In this document: one piece after another, positions 51,001-63,712 of the stretch
How the letters are laid out: every line of letters starts with the position of its first letter
Numbering within the stretch: the first letter of the stretch is position 1
Translations under genes and position numbers: made by a program
The notes under the pieces: generated by a model
What the model saw: only the letters and a program-made list of their open reading frames with translations
Told to the model about the DNA's origin: nothing
Database searches by the model: none
DNA from: Eledone cirrhosa
Taxonomy: Eukaryota
NCBI GenBank assembly: GCA_964016885.1
Contig: OZ024743.1
Span: forward strand, 98,456,001-98,520,000
Direction: 5' to 3'
DNA: 64,000 nucleotides

Positions 51001-54000
51001 TACATCTCAACATAAAGCTTTATAATGTTATATTCTTCAGGGAAAATTGGAGGGAAAAGTGTCTGAAAAATAAGGAAAAAAAATGATATAAAGATATAAT
51101 TTAAAGTATTTAAAATGATGAGTTGTAGTGCACCTGAGCACTGTACAATAATTTCATTATTATTATTTTATATTATAAAGAAACAATTATTATTATTTTA
51201 TATTATAAATTGTCCAAAAACCTTGCCAAGAAAAAGAAGTTTCTTTAACCAAAGATATATCTTTGTAAACTTTACTATGGATTGAGAGGGTTAGCCTTGT
51301 CGACCCCATTGCCTCCCTACACTAAACCTATATCTTTCTTGATATTCCCCTTCCTCTACTTAATTCCCTATTCCATTACTCTTCTCACCCAGTCACTTTT
51401 ATCGTTCATCAACACATGACCTAACCATCTCATTCCATTTATCTTCACAATATTCATTGCCTCATTCATGGAAAATGGCCTTAAAGTTCCTGTTATTTTG
51501 TTGATTACAAATATTTTACTTCTTTCTTCTTTGATCCAGGCACCTACCAAAAAGACTTTGTATGTAGATGACAGTGATTTGCAGCAAGTCTTGAGGTTTG
51601 CAGTAGTGCCATGCTGTGTATGTGGAGCATGCTTGTGACTGTCCATCTACTGCTAGTGTGGTCTCTCTATCAGTTTGAAACCTGAGTACTTGTTACAGGC
51701 TCAAAGAGTTGACTAAACCATTTGCTGTGTTGAGGTGCAAACTAGTTGATAATTATGGCACCAACCAACTGTCTGATGTCTTCGTTTCTGAACCAAACCC
51801 TGCTGGGTTTTGCCAGCTGCTCTATGGAGACACAATATCCCAAAAGTTGTGAGTTTTCACTCCACAGCTTTATTCAGAGTCAACACCCAGCACTGGTAGG
51901 TGAGGATGAGGGTGAAGACAGAGTTGATAATTTATTAAGCTTCTAAGACTCCATCACTAGAATGTATCTTTTATGTACAAGATATTTATTCAATTAATCT
52001 TTTACTGGTTTCAATTATGAAACTGTAGCCATGCAATGGAACTGCCTTTGAAGAGATTTAGTTTAACATATCACCCCCAGTATTTATTTTGTTCAAGTCT
52101 GGTACTTACTTCATTGATCTCTATTCATCAAACGGCTAAGTTTTGGAACATAAACACAATGCTTTAGCTATCTATGAGATACAGCTTCTGGGAGGGAGGG
52201 CTAAATCGATGTAGGCATGAGCCATTAGAACTAAAACTCTCTAAAATTAAAGTTAGAAAAGGAAAAATTCATTTGAAGTGCAAGATCATCTCTTCTTCTC
52301 TATCTCTCTCATATACAAAAAATACATTTTAGTTTATAGAATCAACCATATGCCATGTGTGTTTGCATATTTACAAATGGAGTTTTGCAAGAGATGTCAA
52401 CATGAATGGACCTGTTATTTTTATCTAAAGAGATTTTTTCCAATTCCATCCCACCCGTCCCCTCAATCTATCTTATTTCTCATTCTTTCTTCTGATGAAG
52501 GACTAGCGTCTTCCTGCTATATCAAGCATTAACCTAATATATACCTTCCATATACTGTACCGATTGTGTTGTTATTTCTATTTACCTTTTACATACATAC
52601 ACACATATATATATATATATATATATCTGTCCACAACACTTTACACACATGCACATGTATTTCCTGTCTCAGTCATGTTGCTACAATAAGAAGTTTGCTT
52701 TAAATAGTTATTTCTCCAAAGTTACTCATAGATTTAATCCTGTATGTGATTTGTACGTATATGCTGACTAATTATGTAATTATTATCCAAGTAATAAATT
52801 ATTCAAATATCATTCTTATGTTTAATCACTTCCAGGTGCCAGTAATCAACATTAATTTCTCTTATACAAACCATTAATTTATCAAAACACAAATTTCCCA
52901 GTTTCTATGATTGTTCATATATCCAGTAATCCCGGTATATATGGTATACCAATCCTAGACTCCAAAATTTAAATACATTCAATGCTATTGCTGTAATTAT
53001 TGACAGCATCATTTCGTTAGTAATCAAATAGGAAATAAAATATAAAATACAACCTTAACAACTCTGAAATCTTCTATCATAAGTTTTCTAGTAATTTCCA
53101 AATGACGTACAAGCCACATTTTATTATCTGAACGATCTTCCAGCTGGTTGCATTCAATTCTGGAAGTAAAATTGTAACATAAAATTTATATACATCTAAA
53201 GGGATGGATTTTATATTTAAACATTTTGTAACCATATTTCTAATGAAATACCTGCATATGTGTTTTGTTTAATGTTTAAAATAATCAAGATTTTTTTAGG
53301 GATTTAAGAAAATAATTCATTTTTTCATTATAAAATGGTTTTGAGTATTAAGACTTTTGATACCAAACCACCTGAAACTACCCCTTGTTCCATAATACAA
53401 AACAGTTTATTTTCAAGTGTATTTATCTAGAGACCTTCCATTGTAACTTTATATAAGAACATTTTTTATGCTTCAAACACCAACTTAATAATAAGTTAGT
53501 TAGTTATATTATTAAATCCCTCCAAATTCTTGATTATTTCAATTTTATTTCATTAGAAATATGAAAATAAAAGGATTAAAATCAACAATGAGTTAAATAG
53601 TTAACTAGTAATTAAAACTGTCACAAATTTAGCTTGATAAAAGTATCGATTTTATAGAGTCAATTTCAAAATACTGATATATTTTCTCTATGCATGGTGC
53701 CAACTTTTTAGGAGAGTAACTAGCCATTTGAATCAACAAGTAGATTACAGATACACTTTTTTGAAATTTAAATAGGAGAGTGGGATGAAAGGCAAAATCT
53801 ACTTTAGTTGGTATGAACCAGAGATAAAACTAAATATTAAACTTGTCAAGATAAAGGCCTCAGAACTCTAAATTCAGAAATATTACTAAAAATATATAAA
53901 ATATTGAGTCACAACAAAGATGTAATATCTGTAGAAATAAGTACCAATAAGGGAGACTCTAAACAGTTGCTTAATTTGCTAAAAAAAGCAACCAAATTTC

Positions 54001-57000
54001 CCTCAAATCACACCCTACCATCTTAACACTTTTGATACCAAACCACTCCCCCTAGTTCTACAATATATAACTGTTTGTTTTAAAATGTTTACATTTATCT
54101 AAAATCATTTCATCATAATTTTATATAATAACCTTAGTTCAGTTAAGTTTTTCAAACATCAACTTAATAATGATGAAGTTAGTTATTTTACAAAATTCCT
54201 CCAAATTCTTGATTATTTTCAAAATTATTTGAAAATCGTAAGCAGTGTATTTCATTAGAAATATGGTAATGAAAGGGTTAAATAAAAAAAAAAGAGATAC
54301 ATTTGGACAATATAGTTTCTCATATACAAAAAGACAGGATAGTTACGACTGAAATACCTTTAATTAGAGATCTACTGTATCAGGGCTGACCTTGGACTAA
54401 GAAATAACAACTATCTTAAGAAATACTCACCTGGCAGCAGTGGCTTCCCTCAAAACTTCAAATGCCTTTTTCCGCCATTGTTTAGGTCTACCGGGAGGGA
54501 GAAAACCGAACTGGTCATGCTTTCTCAAAGCAACAACATCTATTCTGGAAATATAAGACATTAAAAATATTATTGGAAAAAATATATTATAATTATATGA
54601 AATAACTTAAAAAAATATTTTACAATTATAAAAACAGGGGAAGACAAACAATGTCTTGAAGAAAATGATGGAAATAAAGACTATGATGATTGGTTGGGTC
54701 ATGTTTTGAAGAAGAACGAAAGTGACTGGGTGAGAGGACTAGAGCTAGTGATGAAGGTTTCAAAGAGAAATAGAATGAGATATTTGGGTCATGTGTTGGA
54801 GAAGAATGAATGTGACTGGGTGAAAGGAGTGATGGAATGTGGAAGCAATTAGAGGAAAGGGAAGACCAAAAAAGATATGATGAAAGATGATGGAAGAGGA
54901 TATGAAAGCTGAAAGTTGGGAGGTTGCTGAGGCTAGGGGAAAATGGAGGAGCTTGTCATGGCATCTGCAAAGTTAACCCCTGCTTTATCATGAAAAATAA
55001 CCATTAAATGTTTGTTGTTGTTAGTGGAATATTGACCTATTCAATAGTGCAATATCTACCCAGCTATCAATGTAATATCTACCCAGTTGTTAGTGCAATA
55101 TCTACCCAGTTATTAGTGTAATATCTACCCAATTATTAGTGCAATATCTACCCAGTTGTTATTATAATATCTACCCAGTTATTATTGCAATATCTACCCA
55201 GTTGTTAGTGTAATATCTACCCAGTTGTTAGTGTAATATCTACCCAGTTGTTATTATAATATCTACCTAGTTGTTATTATATCTACCCAGTTGTTATTAT
55301 ATCTACCCAGTTGTTATTATAATATCTACCCAGTTGTTAGTGTAATATCTACCCAGTTGTTAGTGTAATATCTACCCAGTTGTTATTATAATATCTACCC
55401 AGTTGTTATTATATCTACCCAGTTGTTATTATAATATCTACCCAGTTGTTATTATAATATCTACCCAGTTGTTAGTGTAATATCTACCCAGTTGTTAGTG
55501 TAATATCTACCCAGTTGTTAGTGTAATATCTACTCAGTTGTTAGTGTAATATCTACTCAGTTGTTAGTGTAATATCTACCCAGTTGTTATTATAATATCT
55601 ACCCAGTTGTTAGTGTAATATCTATCCAGTTATTAGTGCAATATCTATTTTCTGATAAATCATTACAGCATGTTAAGAGTTAATAAGAGGGATGAGAAAT
55701 TATTTTTTAAAAGTTACCTTTCTTCTCGTTCAATGATACGAAGTACAGTAACAATAATAGTTGGCTCCTGTCTGACAGATATTAAGGCCCGTTGAAGTAT
55801 AATCCACAATTGCTTACCAAGGGCTTCAGAAAGTTTTTCAACTTCAGCAAAATAATGCTTTAAAGTCTAAAATCGAAAAATGAAATGATTAAAAAAATAA
55901 TCTAGAATGAAATGATTATCATGTCTAAGTATTTTGTATTAAATTTAATGTAATATGAAACGGAGTGATTGAAACAATCCCTAGAAAATATTGGTATAAT
56001 TCAGATAAATAACTGAAATTCTACATCATGTTGTAAACAACTGATATAACAAAACATGTATATTCACATTATTTGTTTAATAACTCTCAATATATAGTCT
56101 AGTCTAAGTCTGTCTTAAGCCAGAAGGCTTCATGGCATGAAGTGACTGAGAGTACAAGACTTCCCACTGGACAGGATGCCAGTCCATCATAGGGTTAAAC
56201 TCCCAGCTATTGCTGATACTTATTTTTAGCTCAGGATACTGGAGCAACATGAAATGAAGTGTTTTGCTCAAGAACACAACATGCAACCCAGCCCAGAAAT
56301 TAAACTCATAACATTATGATCGTAAGTCCAACACCCTTACTACTAGGCCATGCACTTCCACTTGTACCTTGTTTAAATTTTTTGACTAATAATATATTAT
56401 CAACAATGCAATCATCATTATCAATGATGCAATAGCATAAAGAATATTAAAATTTGTGAATTTAGAAACAATGAGGCAGATTGAAGTCTTGTAAAAGATT
56501 CCTGTTAACCCTTATGATACCAAACCATCTGATTCTATGATATAAAACTTCTTGTTTTAAAATATTCATGTTTATCTAAAAACCAGTATTACAAGTTTCC
56601 TTCATTTTTTTTTTATTATTTGAATATCATAGGCAGTAACTTTCATTAGAAATGATCGTCATTGCAGTTTTATGCCCCTTTTTCCTTTCTTGCATGAATT
56701 GTGCAGGTCTTTTCTAGCACAGCATCCCTCCTTCATGACTTCAACTGCGAGATTCACTGATTTGATATTAGCTCTCACAACCTCTGCCCAAGTGTCCTTG
56801 GCTTCACTCTACTGTAGTTCTCTTCTACTGGGAAGAGTTAACATAAGCTAATCTTTTTCATGTCAATCACTTGATGTTTTGTGAAAATATAATGAAAATA
56901 TAATGAAAACTGAAATTTTTTGGTTAACTCATCATCATCATCAGCGTTTAACGTCCATCTTCCACGCTAGCATGGGTTAGACGGGAGTTGTCCCACTTGA

Positions 57001-60000
57001 GGCAAGGTTAGTCGGGTGACTGTGTCTCGCTCATATAGGACTATCTGGCAGTTTTTCTACGGCTGGATGCCCTTCCGAACACCAACCACATTTACAGTGT
57101 GGACTGGGAACTTTTTACCATGTTACCTACATGGCCACATTACAGCGTGGACTGTGTGTTTTTTTGTCGTGACACCTACACGATCTCGATCTCATTATCT
57201 CATTAGTTTGGACTGGATGTTGTGGTACCAACTTTACAGAGAAAGGGTGGTGTTGGTGGGAGTGGGACGATGGATTAGGAGTAGTGGGTTGGGGTGTATT
57301 TTTGGTTAAGAGGTACCTACTGACTGTGGGTTTCGCTTTGTACATAGGCAAGGCGGGTCTTCTGTATTACTGTGTAGCGCCAAAGATCTCAGTTCAGTGA
57401 CATTGTCTTAGAGAAGTTCAAGTGTGTAAGGTTGGAATTTATCAAATCGTCCCAGGTTTTTCTGGGTCTACCTACTCCGTAACTTCCGTCAATTTTGATC
57501 GCTCTGCACTTTTTTATACAGCTGTCGTCTTTCATGTGCATCACATGACCATACCAACGTAGTCTTCTCTCAAGTAAACAGCATCTGATCCCTCTTATTC
57601 ATAATTTCTCACTCAGTTCATTTATGTTTTGCAAAGTATTTCAAAAAAGAATTTGAGGATATTCCAAAAGATTTCTTACATTTTTGTCAGTGGGACTTTG
57701 TTGGGGTTGTCGGTGAAGTTCCAAAAGTAAATCATCTCGAGACATTTCCAAGTCCATTAAACTACAATTAGGAAAAAATACATATATACATAATAACAAT
57801 AAGCAGTTTAAGGACATTTTCCCTGTTAAAGCAAAGGCCATATGATAAGCTCCCCCATTTTGCCCCATCATCTACAACAAACCCACTCACTAAAGCCCTG
57901 AATTTGATTTCTTTACATCATCTATAGCCATGTCTCTCTTGATCTTCCATTTCCTTTCTTCATTCATTTCCATTACACCTCTCACCCAGTCACTTTCTTG
58001 CTCATCACATGACCCATCATCTCACTCCATTTTTCTTAACAACATCCATCACTGGCTCTATTCCTATCCTCTACATCCAGAATAGGTACATTGTATCTCT
58101 ATGTGTCAAAAGAACCAAATAAAAAGGTGGGGACTAGGAAGGGCATCAGGCTGTGAAACACAGCCTTGAAAAGGAACTCAGATGTATAATCAATAAACTT
58201 AAGTAAATAGAACTAAAAATGGAACATAAGGATTCTATGAGGGTCAGCTGTAAAGATCATTAGCTGACCAAAATACTCTCGTGGAATGACCAAATGAGAT
58301 TTATTTTTAAACATGGAAAGAAACAATGCAGTTATTAGTAAGAAGAATTGAAATTAATGAATGCAAGATTTGACATGTCTCCTTCATAGTCAGCCTATGA
58401 ACTTTTTCAGCAGAACCTCACATTTCAGGATAAACGATTTCTTACTGTATTATCTATTTTGAATTAACCATGAAACTGTCTCTGCTTCTTTGAAACAAAT
58501 TAACTTGTTTCAGACATCATTTTTATGTCTGCCTTTTCCATGCTTGCATACATTGGATGAGACATTTTGAGGCAGATTTACTAACTATAATTGAATGACC
58601 TTCCTGATGCCAACAGATACTTTATTTCTAAATATATACTACTGACATTCGTTGAATTGCTACACTGTGGGACATATTGGTGATGTAGGACATAAACAAA
58701 TGTCACCACTTGCATTTAAACAGCATTGATATAACATTTGCAGTGACTAGTGCATACACATACATATGAGAGGGCTTCAAAACGTTTGTGGAAAAAAAGA
58801 TAGTTGGAAAAAACGGTTTAAGTTATGGTGTTTAATTTTCAACATATGCTCCCTCTAGGTCAATACACTTCTGCAAGTGTTGATACCAGCCTTTAAGTCC
58901 ATCTGTGTAAAACTGAGGGCCATGTGATTTAAACCATGTCAAAGCAGTAGGTTTTACATCTTCCATTGGGGATCATCTTCAACCTCATCTCTTCCACTTC
59001 TAAAATCTATTTGTAGGTTATTGATTTCTTTGAGGCATTGTCTCCATAAACTTGCTCCAGAATGTCAATTATTTGGCTGCTACTCCACCCTAGCTTCACC
59101 ATGAACTTGATGTTTTGATGGAAGTCATGTTGCTCAAGCGGGGCCGACTTCCGACTGGCGGCGCCGCATTACAGCATGCATTTAAGGGTTCATGTTAGAA
59201 CATATGACACAGTACGAGAACGTACAGGTACATTGAGGTCAAAATCCCTACATATGATTTTTAGCTAGATACTTTTTCCACAAACCTTTTAAAGCCCCCT
59301 CATATACATGCACACATACATAGATATATATAAAAGAGAACAACCAATCAATACAATACTGGCACTATCTCTAGAATTCAAAATGGAAAAATAGATTTTG
59401 TCAACATACAATTTGTGTGCTTGAAGTAGTTTGCTTTCATTAATTAATTCTTGGGTTTTTCTTACAGTTTCTGGAACTTGAAATATATGTTTCAGGTTTT
59501 CAACTGCAGCATCCAACTAGAAATAAAATACATGCCATTGGTCGGTGTATCTATGATAAATGATTATTTATTAGTGTACTCTAGGTTTACAGTGATAATT
59601 TTTCTATTAAATGTGTGGTGTAAAATCTGTCACATTGTGGAAAGTGTGTGATAAAAGTGTGTGATAGAGAAAATGGTGATAGAGAAAGTGTGTGATAAAA
59701 GTGTGTGATAGAGAAAGTGTGTGATAAAAGTGTGTGATAGAGAAAGTGTGTGATAGAGAAAGTGTGTGATAAAAGTGTGTGATAGAGAAAGTGGTGATAG
59801 AGAAAGTGTGTGATAAAAGTGTGTGATAGAGAAAGTGTGTGATCGAGAAAGTGTGTGATAGAGAAAGTGTGTGATAAAAGTGTGTGATAGAGAAAGTGTG
59901 TGATAGAGAAAGTGTGTGATAAAAGTGTGTGATAGAGAAAGTGTGTGATAAAAGTGTGTGATAGAGAAAGTGTGTGATAGAGAAAGTGTGTGATAAAAGT

Positions 60001-63000
60001 GTGTGATAGAGAAAGTGTGCGATAAAGTGTGTGATAAAAGTATGTGATAGAGAAAGTGTGTGATAGAGAAAGTGTGCGATAGAGAAAGTGTGTGATAAAA
60101 GTATGTGATAGAGAAAGTGTGTGATAAAAGTGTGTGATAAAAGTGTGTGATAGAGAAAGTGTGTGATAGAGAAAATGAAAGAGAGCGGTGGTTGTGGCAG
60201 CAACAAGTGTAAAATTTTATAATTTCATGTGTTAAAGTTAGAAGTTAGTTAAGTAAGAGAGACTTTATAATTAAGATATACAAACCTGGCAGAAATTTGC
60301 ATTTTCTTCTCGCACCCTGCTTAACCTTTCATGTAAGGTAGAAATGGACTTGTAAGATTCATCAATGGCATCCATGCTGGTTTAAAAGAAAAAAAAGAAC
60401 TGAAATTTGGATTTTGAAGATGGATAGGCTCCACTGGGTTTAAAATGCTGAAGACATGCCTTATATCATTACGACACCCCTACAACTCAAGAGTTACAGA
60501 TCCAAACATACATTTTGCGAACAAAATGTCACAATTTATCAATTCATAATCGGTTTTACATCCATTATTGGGATGTAGCAGCAAGCATCTAAATACCATT
60601 TTTTCACTGTTAAAGCAGAGGTTAGACTTGCAAGCCCCATAAAAGGTTTTGTGCTTATTGTGGGGTCCTTTTTGAAGCAATATTATATGGCCAGATGCCC
60701 TTCTTGGCACAAACCGTTTGAGCTACCTCTTATGACATGCAGACATCTAGAGTACCTACTATAAGCTGGATACACACTATTGGGATGTTTTATGCAAATG
60801 AACATTTGCATTTTTGTGGTAGCCAGAAATGGGAGCAGTTTAAATGCTATGTCTTAAAGTATTTAGTTTCATCTTTCTAAGCTCTGAATTCAAAAGACGT
60901 GTTGGGGACAGACTCTTTTTTTACTTTTTATTCCTCCAGAGTTAATAGAATAAGTGCCAGTCATGTAGTAAAGTTGATATAATCAATGGTACTTTTCGTC
61001 AACATAATTTTGGGCACTAAGAAATCATAATGTCCTAAACTTTTTAACCCTTTAGACACGAGCTTGTCTGAAACTATTCCTAAGCGTTTATATCTATCTA
61101 AAAACATTCCATCATAATATTATATAAGAATCTTAAGTTTATGCTCCAAACACCAGCTTAAAACAATAAAGTTAGTTATATGACTAAATCCCTTCAAATT
61201 TGTTATTATTTTCAAAATCATTGGCAGTGTCTTTTATTAGAAATATGGTCACAAATGAGTTAAATCATAGGGGAAACTAATGAAGGTTCATCTTGTCTTC
61301 CATCATCCTTAACCACATCTTTCTTGATCTTCCCCTTTCTCTACTTCCTTCCACATTCTACTCCTCCAACCTAGCCACATTCATCCTTTCTCAACACATG
61401 ACCCAACTATTCTCATTCCATTTCATTTCATAACATTTATCAATGGCTCTGTTACTTTTAGCCAGTCAATTTGAGCCTTCCTTAACACTAGACCCAACCA
61501 TCTCATTTCATTTCTATTCCCAACAGTCATCATTATCCTTTGAAATTCCTTGTTTGTTTTACTCTCTCAAGATGAATATTATATGTTTAAAAATGAAAGA
61601 AAAAAATTTTGAATTATGTGAAATGAGTTACAAGGCAGTTTTGAAAGCTTTGTAATGATACTGAATTTAAAGAAACCCAGACAAGCCAAAGTAAAAATGA
61701 TAGCTAGGAATCAGTGAAAATAACCTTTTTTTTTTTTTTTTCAAGTATCTCACCTTTGTTTTATCTCATAGACATCTTGCAGAGCACTCTGTAGTTGATT
61801 TAATCCCGTCCTAACTCCATCAAGTTGTGACTGTACAGCTGTTTTCAGCATTGCTTCAACTGAAGCCTACAAAAACACAAAAAGAAACCATATTTCTATT
61901 GCTGGTACTACCTTCCAATTGCCAATCCTGGCAGTAACTTTTGTTATTTTGTTTGCTTATTTACATCTATTTTCCAATACTTGCATAGGTTATGATAATG
62001 ACTTGGCTAGTATCAATAGCACAGGAGATGGAAATATGATCTACAAACCACTGCAGAGAATTATGGTCTGTATCACATGTCTATTTACAGTTAGACACTA
62101 TACAGCATTCAGAGTTGAGAAATGAATTGTTAGCATATTGACCAGCAGTAACTTTCAAAGTAATAGGAAAAATACTGATTATTATGTTTTAAAGCCATTT
62201 TCCATGCTAAACCAACAGGTAACATTGCAAGCCACATACTTATTATGGGCCTTTTTTAACCCTTTAGCATTTACATCACTCTATATATGCTATTGTATTT
62301 TCATAGTAAACACTTTATTTCGCATAAATATCTCACATAATATTGAATCTATGAGATATTGATATTATTTATTTTGAGAACAATATCTTAACATAAGTAT
62401 GAGTAGTCGGTTACAGCCAGTTTGAACAGAAAGAAATGAGAGAATTCTGGCCGGATAAGGCTGGTTTAAATGCTGAAGAGTTATGGCAATGTTTTATGGC
62501 TAGATGCTCTTCCTGGTGCCAATAGTTTTAGTCATCTCTTAAAACATGCAGGGATCTGGTACTTTAATTGGAACCATATATATACAGAGAGAAGAATTAC
62601 TGATTACTTAAGTTGATAAATAAAGAAATATTATAGATACTTTTTTCCGTGCAACTCGTCTTTTATATTGATCAACTTTCTCCAGTTGGTCAGGTCTCTA
62701 AATTATAAGAAAGACAGAAAAAATATCACATAAAAGTTAATTTTCAAATGAAATGTTTCATACAAAGATAGTATTAGAAATATTACTTTCAAACATACTT
62801 TTCTAAATACCACTAATATTATACATAGCCTCAGTAGTAAGCATTTTAAAGCCATTTTTCCCTGTGAAAGCAAAAATTAGCCTTAATGGCCTTATGAAAG
62901 GCTTCATGTTGATCATGAGGTTCTTTTTGAGGCAATGTTTCATGGCTGGATGCTCTTCATGGTGCTAACCTTTTAGTTGACACTTATGGCATGCAGTTTT

Positions 63001-63712
63001 ACCTTCCTGTTGTCAATCACATATTAATCATCTGTGAAGCTGCAAAACCCATTGCCACATAAGATTCATAGGGTGTGTCTTGGAACTACACCTACCAAGT
63101 GGAAATAGCTGTCTACTGCTGCAGAAATCTGGAAGGAAGAAGCAGCAGAAATAGTTCTTCATTCTAGATCAGTAACCAGTGACAGGAGCTCGTGCAAAGT
63201 AATACAAGCTAGAGACAAGTGTAAGGCATGTTCTTCCCATTTAATGTCTATTTTCCGTGCTTGCATAGATTAGACAGGTTGTCATGTTTTGAGGTTAGTC
63301 AAGTGACCACATCTAGTGCATACATTCCATGGTGTGGTTTCTATGGCTTGATGCCCTTCCTAATACCAACCTCTTTATAACCAGTATTATCACTTTACAG
63401 TACATACTTGGAGCACTTTATCACTACCACTTTACAAGATGAACTGGGTGCTTTTTTATTGTGGCATTTAAGAATTTAGAAACAACTTAACCCTAGCCTT
63501 GTGCCTATATAAGAAACCATTATTAATGTTTGGAGCAACACAAAACAAAAAATAAAAAGTTTTGTATGAAAAAGTTTAAGCAGAAAAATAAACCCCCAAA
63601 ACATAAATACCTGGAAACGACTTGAGACATGTTTTGCAGCATTATCTATAGCTTCAGCTTCCAATCTACCAAGATCCAGCGGTGCTGGTGGGGTTGAGGT
63701 ACTTTCTCTCAT
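35965..63712 (-). CDS. EXOC3: Exocyst complex component 3 (Sec6), complete spliced gene, 23 coding exons, 2271 nt / 756 aa
   Basis: Hand-spliced GT-AG exons with matching phases: 63611-63712, 62641-62697, 61754-61866, 60286-60376, 59410-59516, 57680-57761, 55718-55866, 54431-54544, 53054-53159, 50979-51062, 48788-48861, 48077-48172, 47355-47421, 45365-45457, 43768-43861, 42624-42694, 40543-40721, 39495-39572, 39079-39231, 38157-38268, 36977-37054, 36657-36749, 35965-36042. Sec6 motifs include [67 protein letters not shown] and KYPD..LLLCRGD. An in-frame TAA directly precedes the ATG. Confidence 0.96.
36657..36749 (-). CDS. EXOC3: EXOC3 coding exon 22
   Basis: [31 protein letters not shown]. 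Confidence 0.93.
36977..37054 (-). CDS. EXOC3: EXOC3 coding exon 21
   Basis: [26 protein letters not shown]. Confidence 0.92.
37790..38095 (-). mobile_element. Second copy of the RTE-tailed SINE, 5'-truncated
   Basis: Closely similar to 33995-34295. Confidence 0.8.
38157..38268 (-). CDS. EXOC3: EXOC3 coding exon 20
   Basis: [37 protein letters not shown]. Confidence 0.92.
39079..39231 (-). CDS. EXOC3: EXOC3 coding exon 19
   Basis: [50 protein letters not shown]. Confidence 0.93.
39265..39452. mobile_element. piggyBac-type MITE copy
   Basis: TTAACCCTTTAGCATTTA...TAAATGCTAAAGGGTT. Confidence 0.8.
39495..39572 (-). CDS. EXOC3: EXOC3 coding exon 18
   Basis: [25 protein letters not shown]. 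Confidence 0.91.
40543..40721 (-). CDS. EXOC3: EXOC3 coding exon 17
   Basis: [26 protein letters not shown]...[11 protein letters not shown]. Confidence 0.92.
42624..42694 (-). CDS. EXOC3: EXOC3 coding exon 16
   Basis: [23 protein letters not shown]. Confidence 0.9.
43050..43480 (+). mobile_element. Decayed LINE (second RTE-like family) 3' ORF fragment; related copy at ~39630-40070
   Basis: [34 protein letters not shown]. Confidence 0.7.
43768..43861 (-). CDS. EXOC3: EXOC3 coding exon 15
   Basis: [31 protein letters not shown]. Confidence 0.92.
45365..45457 (-). CDS. EXOC3: EXOC3 coding exon 14
   Basis: [31 protein letters not shown]. Confidence 0.92.
47355..47421 (-). CDS. EXOC3: EXOC3 coding exon 13
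   Basis: [22 protein letters not shown]. Confidence 0.9.
48077..48172 (-). CDS. EXOC3: EXOC3 coding exon 12
   Basis: [31 protein letters not shown]. Confidence 0.92.
48788..48861 (-). CDS. EXOC3: EXOC3 coding exon 11
   Basis: [24 protein letters not shown]; acceptor is AAG. Confidence 0.88.
49294..50197 (-). mobile_element. Non-autonomous Helitron with internal tandem repeats
   Basis: On the minus strand it starts A|TCTGTATATATAAAA and ends CCCGTGCAACGCCGGG hairpin + CTAG|T. CACCTAATGCGG(G)CCCTAG-like units recur four times. Confidence 0.82.
50319..50429. mobile_element. Small Tc1/mariner-type MITE
   Basis: TA-CAGGGTGT...ACACCCTG-TA. Confidence 0.6.
50979..51062 (-). CDS. EXOC3: EXOC3 coding exon 10
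   Basis: [28 protein letters not shown]. Confidence 0.92.
53054..53159 (-). CDS. EXOC3: EXOC3 coding exon 9
   Basis: [35 protein letters not shown]. Confidence 0.93.
54431..54544 (-). CDS. EXOC3: EXOC3 coding exon 8
   Basis: [37 protein letters not shown]. Confidence 0.93.
55045..55647. repeat. 23-bp (and 20-bp variant) minisatellite
   Basis: GTAATATCTACCCAGTTGTTAGT repeated. Confidence 0.95.
55718..55866 (-). CDS. EXOC3: EXOC3 coding exon 7
   Basis: [49 protein letters not shown]. Confidence 0.93.
56105..56361 (-). mobile_element. tRNA-derived SINE
   Basis: Minus-strand head TGGCCTAGT..GAGTTTAATTTC and shared CTTGAGCAA core. Confidence 0.6.
56929..57632 (-). mobile_element. 5'-truncated RTE LINE 3' fragment
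   Basis: Reverse complement of the 17450-18074 family, with (ATC)n tail. Confidence 0.9.
57680..57761 (-). CDS. EXOC3: EXOC3 coding exon 6
   Basis: [27 protein letters not shown]. Confidence 0.93.
58236..58422. mobile_element. mariner-type MITE; partial inverted copy at ~49095-49280
   Basis: TATGAGGGTCAGCTG..AGCTGAC ... GTCAGCCTATGAAC..CAGCAGAACCTCA. Confidence 0.65.
58765..59303. mobile_element. mariner-type non-autonomous element
   Basis: TIRs TATGAGAGGGCTTCAAAACGTTTGTGGAAAAA / TTTTTCCACAAACCTTTTAAAGCCCCCTCATA. Confidence 0.75.
59410..59516 (-). CDS. EXOC3: EXOC3 coding exon 5
   Basis: [35 protein letters not shown]. Confidence 0.93.
59640..60175. repeat. 13/16-bp minisatellite
   Basis: GTGTGTGATAAAA and GTGTGTGATAGAGAAA interspersed. 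Confidence 0.95.
60286..60376 (-). CDS. EXOC3: EXOC3 coding exon 4
   Basis: [30 protein letters not shown], phases fit. Confidence 0.9.
61754..61866 (-). CDS. EXOC3: EXOC3 coding exon 3
   Basis: [37 protein letters not shown]. Confidence 0.93.
62256..62484. mobile_element. piggyBac-type MITE copy carrying a single 28-bp monomer
   Basis: TTAACCCTTTAGCATTTACATCACTCTATATATGCTATTGTATTTTCAT...TAAATGCTGAAGAGTTA. Confidence 0.8.
62641..62697 (-). CDS. EXOC3: EXOC3 coding exon 2
   Basis: [23 protein letters not shown] flanks. Confidence 0.93.
63611..63712 (-). CDS. EXOC3: EXOC3 coding exon 1
   Basis: [34 protein letters not shown], then GT donor. Confidence 0.85.

Noticed and set aside
59607-60206. 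199-aa His/Thr-rich ORF
   Set aside because: Translation of the 13/16-bp minisatellite.
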